Made by a program: the position numbers and the translations under genes. This document shows, piece after piece, positions 1 to 9,273 of a DNA stretch of 64,000 bases. The stretch lies in the NCBI GenBank assembly GCA_964187785.1, contig OZ076409.1:73906001-73970000 (forward strand), read 5' to 3'. Each line of letters starts with the position of its first letter. Within the stretch, counting starts at the first letter, position 1. This stretch comes from Amphiscolops sp. MND2022 (lineage: Eukaryota). The notes beneath the pieces were generated by a model. The model saw nothing but the letters and a program-made list of their open reading frames with translations. It did no database searches and was not told the origin of the DNA.

Positions 1-129
1 AACTACCTCCATTGGTTGGTTTATTGACTTGACAATGAATTTATTTTTATTTCCTACACTTGTTTCAACTGACATCTATTTTTTCGAACGTGTTGGTTAA
101 TTAATACTACTCCTTTTTAGATACTACAA

Positions 130-693
130 ATGTTGGTGCGACATGGCAACTTTTCATTCAAGTGCTTCTACAACGGGCACAGGAACAATATTCTCATTCT
201 TGGAGATTCCTTATTGAAGTCTTTATACATGGGCGAGGTCGATTTTTTATGTTTCCCTGGAGCCAGAAGTGATGACGTGTTAGAATTTTTGAACAATCGA
301 GAAATCCGCAATATTGTCCGTCGGTACGATAAAATTGTGTTATTTTTTGGCGGAAATTCTGTGAACGATTTTCCAAAGCAAGGAGTTTTACGGCAAGCCG
401 AAAGACCTAGTGAGGTGTTCCATAATTTCGTATTTATAATCGAGCAAATGAAAATTCTTCGTAATAGTGTAAAAATTGGAGTTCTGGGGTGCCCGAATCG
501 CTTCAATGGAACTTGGGATAGAATCAAAGAGTTAAACGAACTTCTTCGAATATTACCCTGCGAGTACCGGTTTTTTGGCCTGGGTACAAAATTGAGCTGC
601 AAAGTTGTCATCGATGAAGATCAAGTTCATTTGAACCAATTAGGGGTAACATGCCTAAAAAGCATCATAAAACATAAAATTGTCAAATGGTAA
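130..693 (+). CDS. SGNH/GDSL-type hydrolase (esterase), transposon-associated
   Basis: All four SGNH blocks in order: ILILGDSL (I), FPGA (II), FFGGNS (III), DQVHLN (V, DxxH). Preceded by a pyrimidine tract + AG at 119-120, so it may be a spliced exon. Confidence 0.85.
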   Translation: MLVRHGNFSFKCFYNGHRNNILILGDSLLKSLYMGEVDFLCFPGARSDDVLEFLNNREIRNIVRRYDKIVLFFGGNSVNDFPKQGVLRQAERPSEVFHNFVFIIEQMKILRNSVKIGVLGCPNRFNGTWDRIKELNELLRILPCEYRFFGLGTKLSCKVVIDEDQVHLNQLGVTCLKSIIKHKIVKW

Positions 694-1120
694 ACAAATT
701 TCGTTTCATCATGTCAATTCTGTTGCAGAATACTTTGATCTTGTGTAATACATACAGTGACATTTCAATGCATTAATTGATGTCAAAACAGTTAAAAGTT
801 TTGATTTGACCGCCTTCGCCACTTTCTTTGTTGCATAAAAACCAATTGTTTACTATTGTCGATAGTTGATTTTGCATACGTAATGGTTTTTGACTTGTTC
901 AGTTTTGCAGTGACATTTAAGATCTAATTAGACGTTAGAAAACATTCATTGTGTCATAGTTCCTTTCTTTCGGAGTTTGGCGTTAAATGGACAGGTTTAA
1001 TAAAATGATTTCTGATTTGAATATTTTTATCAACATAATGTATATGTAGATTGCAGAACCAATTACAACTTTCTTGTAGTGTTGTACGTTTTCAGTGCTT
1101 ATGTTGAGAAAGAGTTCACA

Positions 1121-4100
1121 ATGCCAAAGCGTAGATTTAAAGAAAATGACTGCCTGAAACGTGCCAAAAGGTCATCTACGAAATGCTTGACCTGCGGCAG
1201 ATTCAAAACACAAGCAAATTGTCACAATTGCAACAGACCAGGATACAGCGCCGATGATGACGATGACGTCTCTGAACTGTCGCCTTTACCGCCCACAAAC
1301 GCTGATGAAATAAACTATCCGGATGCGGAATACTGTTACAGTTGTAAGAGACAGTCAACTGACAAATACCCCCTTGTTTTGAATTCGGTTTGTGGAAAGA
1401 ATCTGATGCGAAGAAAAATTGGTCCTGAAACAACCAACCAACAAATTCTTTTGTGTTCTTTGTGCAGTAAATATTTGAATACTTTGTCCCCTGAGTACCA
1501 ACAAAGTGCTAAATTTAAACATGCACGGCCAGCTGTATTTTGGTTTCTTCTGTCTGACAAAAACATCGAAGTCAATTTTTGGCATTATATACCAATTGAA
1601 ATGCGCTGCAGTTGGTTACATAGCGCTTCCATTTGTAATTCAGTTTTTCGTCAACGTATGGATCTGGTATCTCTGCCAATTTTTGTTGACATTTCATTTC
1701 GAAGTCGTGTTTTTAACCAGTTTAAAATTCATTGGTCATCTAGTGAAATGGTGCAAAATGTAAACAATGAATTTTTTCCATGTATAAAATGTCCTGTCGG
1801 CTGTGGGGAGTTCATAGACAACTTTGGTAAAATAGATTTTGTACATTATTTATCCAAATTAATTCCTTATCTGAAAAGTTTTCGTGGTGACGTAATTTCC
1901 TACCTTAGCGGTATGCGAACCGATTATGAAATTCCTGACTTTATATTTCCTGATGACCCTTTTGCGCCTATTGTCAAACCATCACTTTTGGTGTCGGATG
2001 ATGGAATTTTTCTGTTGACATGCAAGGATCATGATAAAAAAATCAAAGAGCAATATTGTCATCTACCAAAACACCCTTGTGGACGAATTTTCAATCCCCT
2101 ACCGGACCGCTTTGCACCAGCCATTTTGAGTGTCAGATCGGTGAAGCCTTTCAGAGAAAATTTTTCGTCAGCGTCCTACAAAATGGTCAAGTTGAATAGC
2201 TCTTTTTGTGGTTCCAACACTTGTTTCATTTCGCACGGAAAGTCTTTAGATAAGGTTACTGATTGCAGCGTGAATCACGAAAGTTTTTATCTGCATTGTA
2301 GACAAGATACTCAGTGTGTTGTAAGAAAACTTGCAGATAAAGGATTTTTGTCACAAGAAAATGCAGAGATTATTCTGAAAAATCGAAATGATCATTGGCT
2401 CAGGGAGATGCGTGATTTGAAAGAGCATACTAACTTCGTTCCACTTGAAACAGTGGCCTTCATGAGAGAAATTAATGAGAGACGTTTTTTTGATCCAATG
2501 ACGACAATTATGGAAGAGGAAGTGCACGCTGTTGATGCACTATCCGCTGATAATGAACTTGTAACCACTGAAACTGGAAGTGAGAACGTTTCTTTTTGTA
2601 ATACAGCATCGGATGAAAGTTGTCAAGTTAACCCCCGTGAAACAAGCGGAGCGGCATCGTTCATTGAAAATTTGATGTTTCCTTGCGCGAAAGTGTTGGA
2701 ACGAAATTTAGGCGCACCGCCTACCAGTTATCTCTGTCGATCAGAAAATAGTAAAATTGTGATTGACTTGACTGCTAACTCAGTACTTTTTTATAGCAAT
2801 TTAATTGGAGCAACTTTGAGAAAAAGTAAATATGCTTGGAAAATTTTATCATGTTTCACTAAGAAAAAAGGTTTGTCTGCCAGTTCATGTTTCAAGAATG
2901 CTTTGAGGATTTTAGAAGATGATGCAGGACACCAAAGTCTTGCGGACATTTTCTCGCAGTTGTCCTTTGTTTCTCTCGTAAACGTTCCCAACAGACAAAT
3001 GCCTATCCAATTCGATACTAGCTTTTGCGAAAAAGACTTTGTTGTTGTTGTTAGCTCTTGTTCGAGACAAAGATCTCTTTTGCCACTTGAAAAAACGGCA
3101 AAAATCAACAATGATCTTTTCCAGTTGGTGTATGTTGTTGCATGTAATCGTGACTGTTTTTTCCGTTATAAGTTTTGCGATAAATGGTGGAATATAACTA
3201 AAGCTGACAGACCACAACCAACTGTTTATGATAACATCAGCAATTTGTTGAATAAGAACTCCTGGAAAATAGCTATTTATGAAAAATTGGAGACTTCATT
3301 GTCACAAAAAGAATCGAGTCAGGCGACAAATAGTATTTATGGTCAGGATAAGGTTTACTGTGAGAAACATGAACTTCCGTTGGCTTGTGATTTTCCAAAA
3401 AATTGTTTCGTGTGTCAATTTGATTGTGAGTGTAGGTTGAAGTCAGCTTGGAGATGTCCATCTGAGGGTTGTGAAAGTGCTTTATGCAAAAAACATTTCA
3501 ATACCATTTTGGAGAAGAGTTGGGTGGTACCACATGAAGGGAAAAACACCCGTCACCAACTCCTTGTTGACGACCTAATTGGTGAAAGCGTTGTCAATTT
3601 GGAGTCCTGCAGTGAAGACATGGTCCTGCCATGTGATCCTTTAACACTTATTGAAATGCCTTCTGAGGCTGGATTGGTTGACGACGTGGAGGCTACAGAC
3701 ACAGATACAGCGGCCACTGCAGTTGAGTACCACAGTAACGATGACTTGCAAAGTATTGGTAGTCATTTTATAATCAATGGAGTTTGTTCTTTGCTCAATA
3801 GGCCAAAAAACCCGTCTCACTTCCGTAAAAAAGATTGGCGGTTTTTGCAATCTTTCGTAGCCAATTGTCCAGACGAATCTGTTCCTTTAACGTTTCCCGA
3901 AGCTGCGTTGTTGCCATCCATTTATTATGTAATGCTGAAAAATACCATCGGTGGCGCAATTCCTTCCCCAATTTACAGCCCCGCTGTGGCGAAACGTTTC
4001 AATTTTGCCAATATTGTTTCACATATTAGATCTCGGTTGAAAAACATCAGTCTTCTTACGTCTGGTGATCCGCGTCTTCTGCAATTTTATTTCGATTGTT

Positions 4101-7100
4101 ATTTCAATTTCCAGTCACTTCGCAGAGATTCAAGATTGGTGTTGAACCGGGGACTGCAAGAATTTACAAAAGTACATAGCGAGACCAATAACCGTGCAAA
4201 ATTTAGAATGAATGAGGTAGATAGTCGAAAAATTGTGAATGAACTTGCAGCTGCCATACGATTAGAGGAACCTACCTTTTTTCTTACTTTCACACTAAAC
4301 ATGTCTCGAATGTTTGGAGTTGCGCCGCTCTTTCAACTCATTGAAAAAAATTGCAAGGGTTTGAGCACTGAACAACAACACATTCTCAAGGAAAGTTTCA
4401 TGCCACTTTATATGAGACTGTGGGAAAGGGCTGTAGTTTTTTTCATAGAGTATCTTGAAAAGTCCACTGAAAAACCTTTGGGTACAGTAACAAACATTTT
4501 CCCGAGGTTTGAATTCCAAACATCCAAGGGAAATGCTCCCCATTTACATGTAATTGTTTGGACCGCTGAATCTAAAAATGATCCAGTTATTCTGAATAAA
4601 GTTTTGGGTTCATTCAGACAACTTCTTCATCAGTTAAATGTAGAATTGTTTGACTCATCGAACAAAAACGTAACGTCTAAAGAAGATGTTGATGGTTTAT
4701 TAACTTTGGCAAAGTCCCTTCTCAGTCATAATTGTGAAAAGGCCTCTTATAGATGTCACAAAAAATGTGACAATTCGGGTAAAATGGTTTGTCGCTTCCA
4801 TATTTTCGAACCTTGTTCTGAAACGTTTTTCAAGCCTGTTGAAAGGCCACATACACCTGAGGTTTGGTCAATTTTACAGCATCTCGGGCTGGCCAGGCCA
4901 CATGACAAGGTGGACGGGGCATTTCACATAGATGAGGTTTTGCAAGGTGGTAAATTTAATTATGCAGCTGATTACGGCGAAACTTTCTCACCAGTGAATT
5001 GTAAACTGTTTTCACTGCTCCAGTGCAGTATGAATTGTTTACTATGTGACAGAGTAATGTCTGCCAGCTACTTAGCAAAGTACGCTGCAGGAATTGAAGA
5101 ACATGCTACGGTGAATATTTCCGGTAAGTCTGACACAACTGTTTCGATATGTGTGAAAAGTTTGAAAAACTTAAAGATAGCTGGTGCTGAGTTAGCTGCG
5201 AAATCTGAAAAAACAAAGACTTCAACTAAAAACTGCAGAGTCCTGTCTACAACTGAATGCGTTTGGTCCATGTTGGATCTAAGATATGTTTTTCCAACAT
5301 ATGAATGTGTTCATGTTAACACTCTCCCTTTAGAAAACAGGGGCGGTTTTGTTAAACGAAAAAGTAATGCTCCGGTTGCAGACAGTGCAGCTGAGGAGGA
5401 CCAAGCGTTACATTTTGTGAAGATGCGAATAATTTTGCAATCAGACAGTCGACGTTATTTCACAATTAATCAAATACGAACTGTTAAGGAGTTTACGAAG
5501 TCCGGTTTAACAATCGACAAAGTTTCCCTTTTTGCTATGCGTCCACCAGAGTTACTTTTTGTCAACAACATAGAGTTTTTTTTCAGACATTTCACTTTTG
5601 TGAAGTTGGACAAAAAATCAACTACCTCGATGTATTCCAATTCATTGCATGATAGCTGTTGGATCGATGCTATCGGAAATATAGTTAAATTGCGCTCTCA
5701 AAGTATTCCTTTTTTCCAGCAGTTTCTTTTTCAGTCGAGACAGAGTCCCTCCTCCAGTTATTCCTTTTTTTCAAATTTTTATGAAAATTTTTTCTCTACA
5801 ACTTTTAATATCAATCATTTAGTGGACTATTCAGCAGAAAAGCAAAAACCAGCTGTTGTTGTTTTCCCTAATGTTATACCAAAGCACGTGCCGAACTTTC
5901 TGATCAGCTTTCTCTTGCAATTTGGACGGTATGAAACAGAATTCGATCTGTTTGAAACTGGAAACATTGCAACTGCGTACGCAAGAGCCGGTTTGATCAA
6001 AGATGCCGCTTCGGTTAATGATATGGATACCAATGAGTTGCTCAAACTCTTTATACTTCAAAGGGTAATGTTTATACCAGGGTCACATGTATCTCAAGAT
6101 CGACAAATTGTTGACGCCAAAAATGCTTTTTGTTTTTTAAATGAAAGTCAGGAACTGATTGAAACGCCAACCATTGTGTACAATGCATTACAGCAAGAAT
6201 GTTCTGAAGAACTGAATCGAAGTGTTACGAGTAAAATCACAAATGTCACCAAACAAGTTCATAGTCTCATAACTGATGCTCAAAAACCAACAATTGACTC
6301 ACTAATTGATTGTCAGGTTGATATTCCTCTAAATTACAACCCGCTACACTCCAATGGCCTTCATTTCAATGCTGAGCAAACCTTCGTACTGCAAAATTTG
6401 ATTCACATCATTGATTCTTTTGTTAATTCAGCAGCTTCGTTCTTCAAGTATCAGTTCGTTGTTGGAATGCCTGGCTCTGGGAAAACGTTTGTTACAATAC
6501 ATTCTTTGTTTTACGCACTTTGTAAGGGTCTGAATGTTATGATTACTTCATTAAGCAGCGAAAGAGCCATGCAGTTCTCAGGAATGCATATTCACGATTT
6601 ATTTGGCCTACCAGTTTCTCAAAGTCTCAGTGTGGATGAAATTGTGGAAAAAGCTCTTCAAAAACTTGATTTTGATTTTGTGAAACTAACTCTTTTGAAG
6701 CGTTTAGACGTCCTTTACTTTGAGGAAATTGGTATGGTTTCGTCTGAAGAGTTTGCTTCTATTGATCTCATCTTGCAGAAAGTGAGAGAAAATTATCAGC
6801 CATTCGGTGGTGTTTTGGTCTTTGCTACGGGTGACCCCAAACAGTTGCCTCCTCCTCAGGGTCGCTTGATTTGGACATCTCCAATAGTCATAACCATAGT
6901 CCAGATGTATGCGTTAAAACAATGTGTTCGAATGGTTGAAAAAGTCGGTCGTAAATTTTTAGACATGTTGTCAGGCTCTGATATAGATGAGGCAGAATGC
7001 AAACTCATTATAGATACGTTTGCGCAACATTGTAGTTTTGTATCACATGATAACTGTCCAATTGATGCTGTAAGAATTTTCGGAACGAGAGCAGCTGAGA

Positions 7101-8251
7101 GCAAAGCAGTTGCTCATCAAATCAGTGTTCTGCGGTCTTCGGGTATTTTTGTATCAGAAATCAAGAGTTCCGATGAGGTGAAAATAAATTCCAGTAGTAA
7201 TTGGAAAGAAGTATCTAGCGTTCACGTTAAGGTGTTGTCAAAAGTGTGTTTGGAGCCCCGGATTCTTTATTGCTACGAAAATGCCCTTTTTAGATTCACG
7301 ATGAATATGCCTTCTTTGCATGTTTCACAAGGACAATTGTGCGTTTTTTTAAATTTTTTGGGTTCTGTCACTATAGAAGTTATGGCTGCACCCCCAGGTG
7401 TTCGTTGTTTACCACCAAGAGATACTTTCGGCAATTTTTTGTTTGAAGAAAACGGTTGGTTTAGGGTCATTGTTCATAAGCAGGCAGGATTCGTACATGG
7501 TTGTCGAGGTTCATCTGTTCGCCGTGTGCAGTATCCTCTGAAAAATTTCCTGGCAATGACCATTCATAAAGCTATGGGGGAAACCATTGGCAAAATAGTC
7601 ACCAGAATTGATTGCATTGAGCGGGAATATAATTTATGGGAGAAGGAACAACTTTATGTTTTGGCTAGTCGGGTGCAGCGTCTGAGTGATTTGACTTTCA
7701 TTGGTAGTAAGCAAAACACACTTAATGCAATAAAGTGTCTTCTCATCAAAAAAAATCAGTGGGATAAATACACAGAACAACTTGTGAATACAGCTTCTAA
7801 TCAAACACCAGCTGTTTTTGATGTTGCCAAATTTTCTCCATTTAGACCACAAAAATTGGAAATACCGAACGAAGCAGTAGGATTCGTCTACCTTTTAGTG
7901 AGCATAAAAGATGTGACATCTTTTTATGTAGGTGAAACTAGTGAATTACGTAGAGGGCTCCTGCAGCATAATTCAGGACAAAGTTCTTTTTTCACCTTTC
8001 AACCGCATCTTCGCCCTTGGGGTTTGCTAGCTTTCGCTACGGGTTTCAGCGACATTGCTGAAGAAAACCAAATCCAACGAAAAACTTTAGAAAGAACAAT
8101 TAAGGATGAGATCTTTAAAAAATTCCATGCATTCAACAGATCCGGCTCACCAAATGAAGTACTCGGAGTTTTCCTTGATTGCATTCAACAAGCTAAATTT
8201 GAAATCAACTGTCTACGAGCTGTCATTACTGGATCAATTTTACAGTCATGA
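1121..8251 (+). CDS. Helitron-like Rep/helicase transposase with N-terminal Cys/His clusters and C-terminal GIY-YIG endonuclease
   Basis: Uninterrupted ORF; first in-frame ATG at 1121 (the track starts at a GTG, 1079). Rep motifs FFLTFTLN (~4277), EFQ..GNAPHLHVIVW (~4511-4561), YLAKY (~5069). Pif1-like motifs GMPGSGKT (~6464), FEEIGMV, PFGG..GDPKQLPP, QYPL..AMTIHKAMG, QLYVLASRV. GIY-YIG motifs GFVYLL..FYVGET..QHNSG..RPWGLLAFATGF (~7880-8050). Confidence 0.93.
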   Translation: MPKRRFKENDCLKRAKRSSTKCLTCGRFKTQANCHNCNRPGYSADDDDDVSELSPLPPTNADEINYPDAEYCYSCKRQSTDKYPLVLNSVCGKNLMRRKIGPETTNQQILLCSLCSKYLNTLSPEYQQSAKFKHARPAVFWFLLSDKNIEVNFWHYIPIEMRCSWLHSASICNSVFRQRMDLVSLPIFVDISFRSRVFNQFKIHWSSSEMVQNVNNEFFPCIKCPVGCGEFIDNFGKIDFVHYLSKLIPYLKSFRGDVISYLSGMRTDYEIPDFIFPDDPFAPIVKPSLLVSDDGIFLLTCKDHDKKIKEQYCHLPKHPCGRIFNPLPDRFAPAILSVRSVKPFRENFSSASYKMVKLNSSFCGSNTCFISHGKSLDKVTDCSVNHESFYLHCRQDTQCVVRKLADKGFLSQENAEIILKNRNDHWLREMRDLKEHTNFVPLETVAFMREINERRFFDPMTTIMEEEVHAVDALSADNELVTTETGSENVSFCNTASDESCQVNPRETSGAASFIENLMFPCAKVLERNLGAPPTSYLCRSENSKIVIDLTANSVLFYSNLIGATLRKSKYAWKILSCFTKKKGLSASSCFKNALRILEDDAGHQSLADIFSQLSFVSLVNVPNRQMPIQFDTSFCEKDFVVVVSSCSRQRSLLPLEKTAKINNDLFQLVYVVACNRDCFFRYKFCDKWWNITKADRPQPTVYDNISNLLNKNSWKIAIYEKLETSLSQKESSQATNSIYGQDKVYCEKHELPLACDFPKNCFVCQFDCECRLKSAWRCPSEGCESALCKKHFNTILEKSWVVPHEGKNTRHQLLVDDLIGESVVNLESCSEDMVLPCDPLTLIEMPSEAGLVDDVEATDTDTAATAVEYHSNDDLQSIGSHFIINGVCSLLNRPKNPSHFRKKDWRFLQSFVANCPDESVPLTFPEAALLPSIYYVMLKNTIGGAIPSPIYSPAVAKRFNFANIVSHIRSRLKNISLLTSGDPRLLQFYFDCYFNFQSLRRDSRLVLNRGLQEFTKVHSETNNRAKFRMNEVDSRKIVNELAAAIRLEEPTFFLTFTLNMSRMFGVAPLFQLIEKNCKGLSTEQQHILKESFMPLYMRLWERAVVFFIEYLEKSTEKPLGTVTNIFPRFEFQTSKGNAPHLHVIVWTAESKNDPVILNKVLGSFRQLLHQLNVELFDSSNKNVTSKEDVDGLLTLAKSLLSHNCEKASYRCHKKCDNSGKMVCRFHIFEPCSETFFKPVERPHTPEVWSILQHLGLARPHDKVDGAFHIDEVLQGGKFNYAADYGETFSPVNCKLFSLLQCSMNCLLCDRVMSASYLAKYAAGIEEHATVNISGKSDTTVSICVKSLKNLKIAGAELAAKSEKTKTSTKNCRVLSTTECVWSMLDLRYVFPTYECVHVNTLPLENRGGFVKRKSNAPVADSAAEEDQALHFVKMRIILQSDSRRYFTINQIRTVKEFTKSGLTIDKVSLFAMRPPELLFVNNIEFFFRHFTFVKLDKKSTTSMYSNSLHDSCWIDAIGNIVKLRSQSIPFFQQFLFQSRQSPSSSYSFFSNFYENFFSTTFNINHLVDYSAEKQKPAVVVFPNVIPKHVPNFLISFLLQFGRYETEFDLFETGNIATAYARAGLIKDAASVNDMDTNELLKLFILQRVMFIPGSHVSQDRQIVDAKNAFCFLNESQELIETPTIVYNALQQECSEELNRSVTSKITNVTKQVHSLITDAQKPTIDSLIDCQVDIPLNYNPLHSNGLHFNAEQTFVLQNLIHIIDSFVNSAASFFKYQFVVGMPGSGKTFVTIHSLFYALCKGLNVMITSLSSERAMQFSGMHIHDLFGLPVSQSLSVDEIVEKALQKLDFDFVKLTLLKRLDVLYFEEIGMVSSEEFASIDLILQKVRENYQPFGGVLVFATGDPKQLPPPQGRLIWTSPIVITIVQMYALKQCVRMVEKVGRKFLDMLSGSDIDEAECKLIIDTFAQHCSFVSHDNCPIDAVRIFGTRAAESKAVAHQISVLRSSGIFVSEIKSSDEVKINSSSNWKEVSSVHVKVLSKVCLEPRILYCYENALFRFTMNMPSLHVSQGQLCVFLNFLGSVTIEVMAAPPGVRCLPPRDTFGNFLFEENGWFRVIVHKQAGFVHGCRGSSVRRVQYPLKNFLAMTIHKAMGETIGKIVTRIDCIEREYNLWEKEQLYVLASRVQRLSDLTFIGSKQNTLNAIKCLLIKKNQWDKYTEQLVNTASNQTPAVFDVAKFSPFRPQKLEIPNEAVGFVYLLVSIKDVTSFYVGETSELRRGLLQHNSGQSSFFTFQPHLRPWGLLAFATGFSDIAEENQIQRKTLERTIKDEIFKKFHAFNRSGSPNEVLGVFLDCIQQAKFEINCLRAVITGSILQS

Positions 8252-8387
8252 AAATTGTCTCTATCGATTCGAACACACTTTCGTTTTCGCTAAAAGCTTG
8301 AAAAATCTGTTTCGCAAGGGTGTTTTCAATCAAAATCAGTTACTATTTTTTTAAAAGAAGCTTGAAATGTTGCTGCCCTCATAGTAA

Positions 8388-8468
8388 TGCTCTACTCATA
8401 TTATAGTGGGCATTGCGCTACTGAGGTCATTGGGGGTTTTGCTCTACTCATATTATAGTGGGCATTGC
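8388..8468 (+). repeat. 29-bp direct repeat x2 (TGCTCTACTCATATTATAGTGGGCATTGC)
   Basis: Identical copies at 8388-8416 and 8440-8468. Confidence 0.9.
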
Positions 8469-8659
8469 TCTTCTCAGGTGGGTCGCACATTGGGTAGCAT
8501 TTCAAAGTAAAAAGTTTAAAACTACACTGCACTGTTTCAAAAATATGTCTTTGATCATGGTCCTTTTAGTTGACAGTCGTTTTTTGGTCAAAACTAACTA
8601 TTTCAGTCGCTTTCACTTTTTTAATCTATTAATTTCATGATGTATAAGGATCCTTCAAC

Positions 8660-8708
8660 CCGCACGCAGGCTGTTAAGGCTGCGTGCGGCGTTCCTTTTC
8701 GACTCTAG
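8660..8708 (+). other. Candidate Helitron 3' terminal hairpin + CTAG
   Basis: Perfect 10-bp stem CCGCACGCAG/CTGCGTGCGG with 10-nt loop, then 15 nt, then CTAG. The next base is C rather than the usual T. Confidence 0.6.
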
Positions 8709-9273
8709 CTTGCCTAACCTTCTGGAGCCGAGACAACTTCAATTGAAGATCAGAACATTTGTCAGACACAATGGAATAACCACGGTTTCATATTTTGTTC
8801 ATTTACTTATGTTCTTTTGACGATTGTTCACTTTTATTGATAAACATTCAGTTTGTTTGAATTATCCAACTGCGTTTGAGTAGGTTGGCATCAAACTTAT
8901 GTATAATAAAGCATTTAAAAAGTTCATATTAGCAGAACTCTTTCCCAGACTTTCAGCGACGTGCCCCGGGATAAATCGAAATCGCTCGCTTGAGAGTTGT
9001 TAACTTGGCTGTTTTGGGGTTGGAATTGTTCTAACAAAAATTTCGAAAGGTCATGCATCATTATCCTTACCTTTGTAAAACACAGCATTTGGTCTTTGTT
9101 TATCATTTAAATGGTTAAAACTTCCAATAAAAAATCGCGAAAAACTTTTTTTTAACAAGTTGTTTGCAAGTACTTTTGTAGTTTATAAAACACTTGTTGA
9201 CATGTCGAGGTTTCACCACCTTGGTTTCCTTTTTTCAGTTGTTGTTTTGTGACCGACATTCTTCATTGCAAAC

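Larger units (their letters stand above)
1..8708 (+). mobile_element. Autonomous-type Helitron-like element; 5' end not identified, 3' end either at 8708 or further right
   Basis: RepHel ORF followed by GC-rich hairpin 8660-8689 and CTAG 8705-8708. Boundaries uncertain because a further co-oriented ORF follows. Confidence 0.7.

Noticed and set aside
168..8184. Antisense and alternate-frame ORFs over the SGNH and RepHel genes
   Set aside because: Shadow frames of real coding sequence with no motifs.
8470..8487. TTCTCAGGTGGGTCG resembling an array junction
   Set aside because: Needs two indels to match and is not followed by the cassette 5' module.
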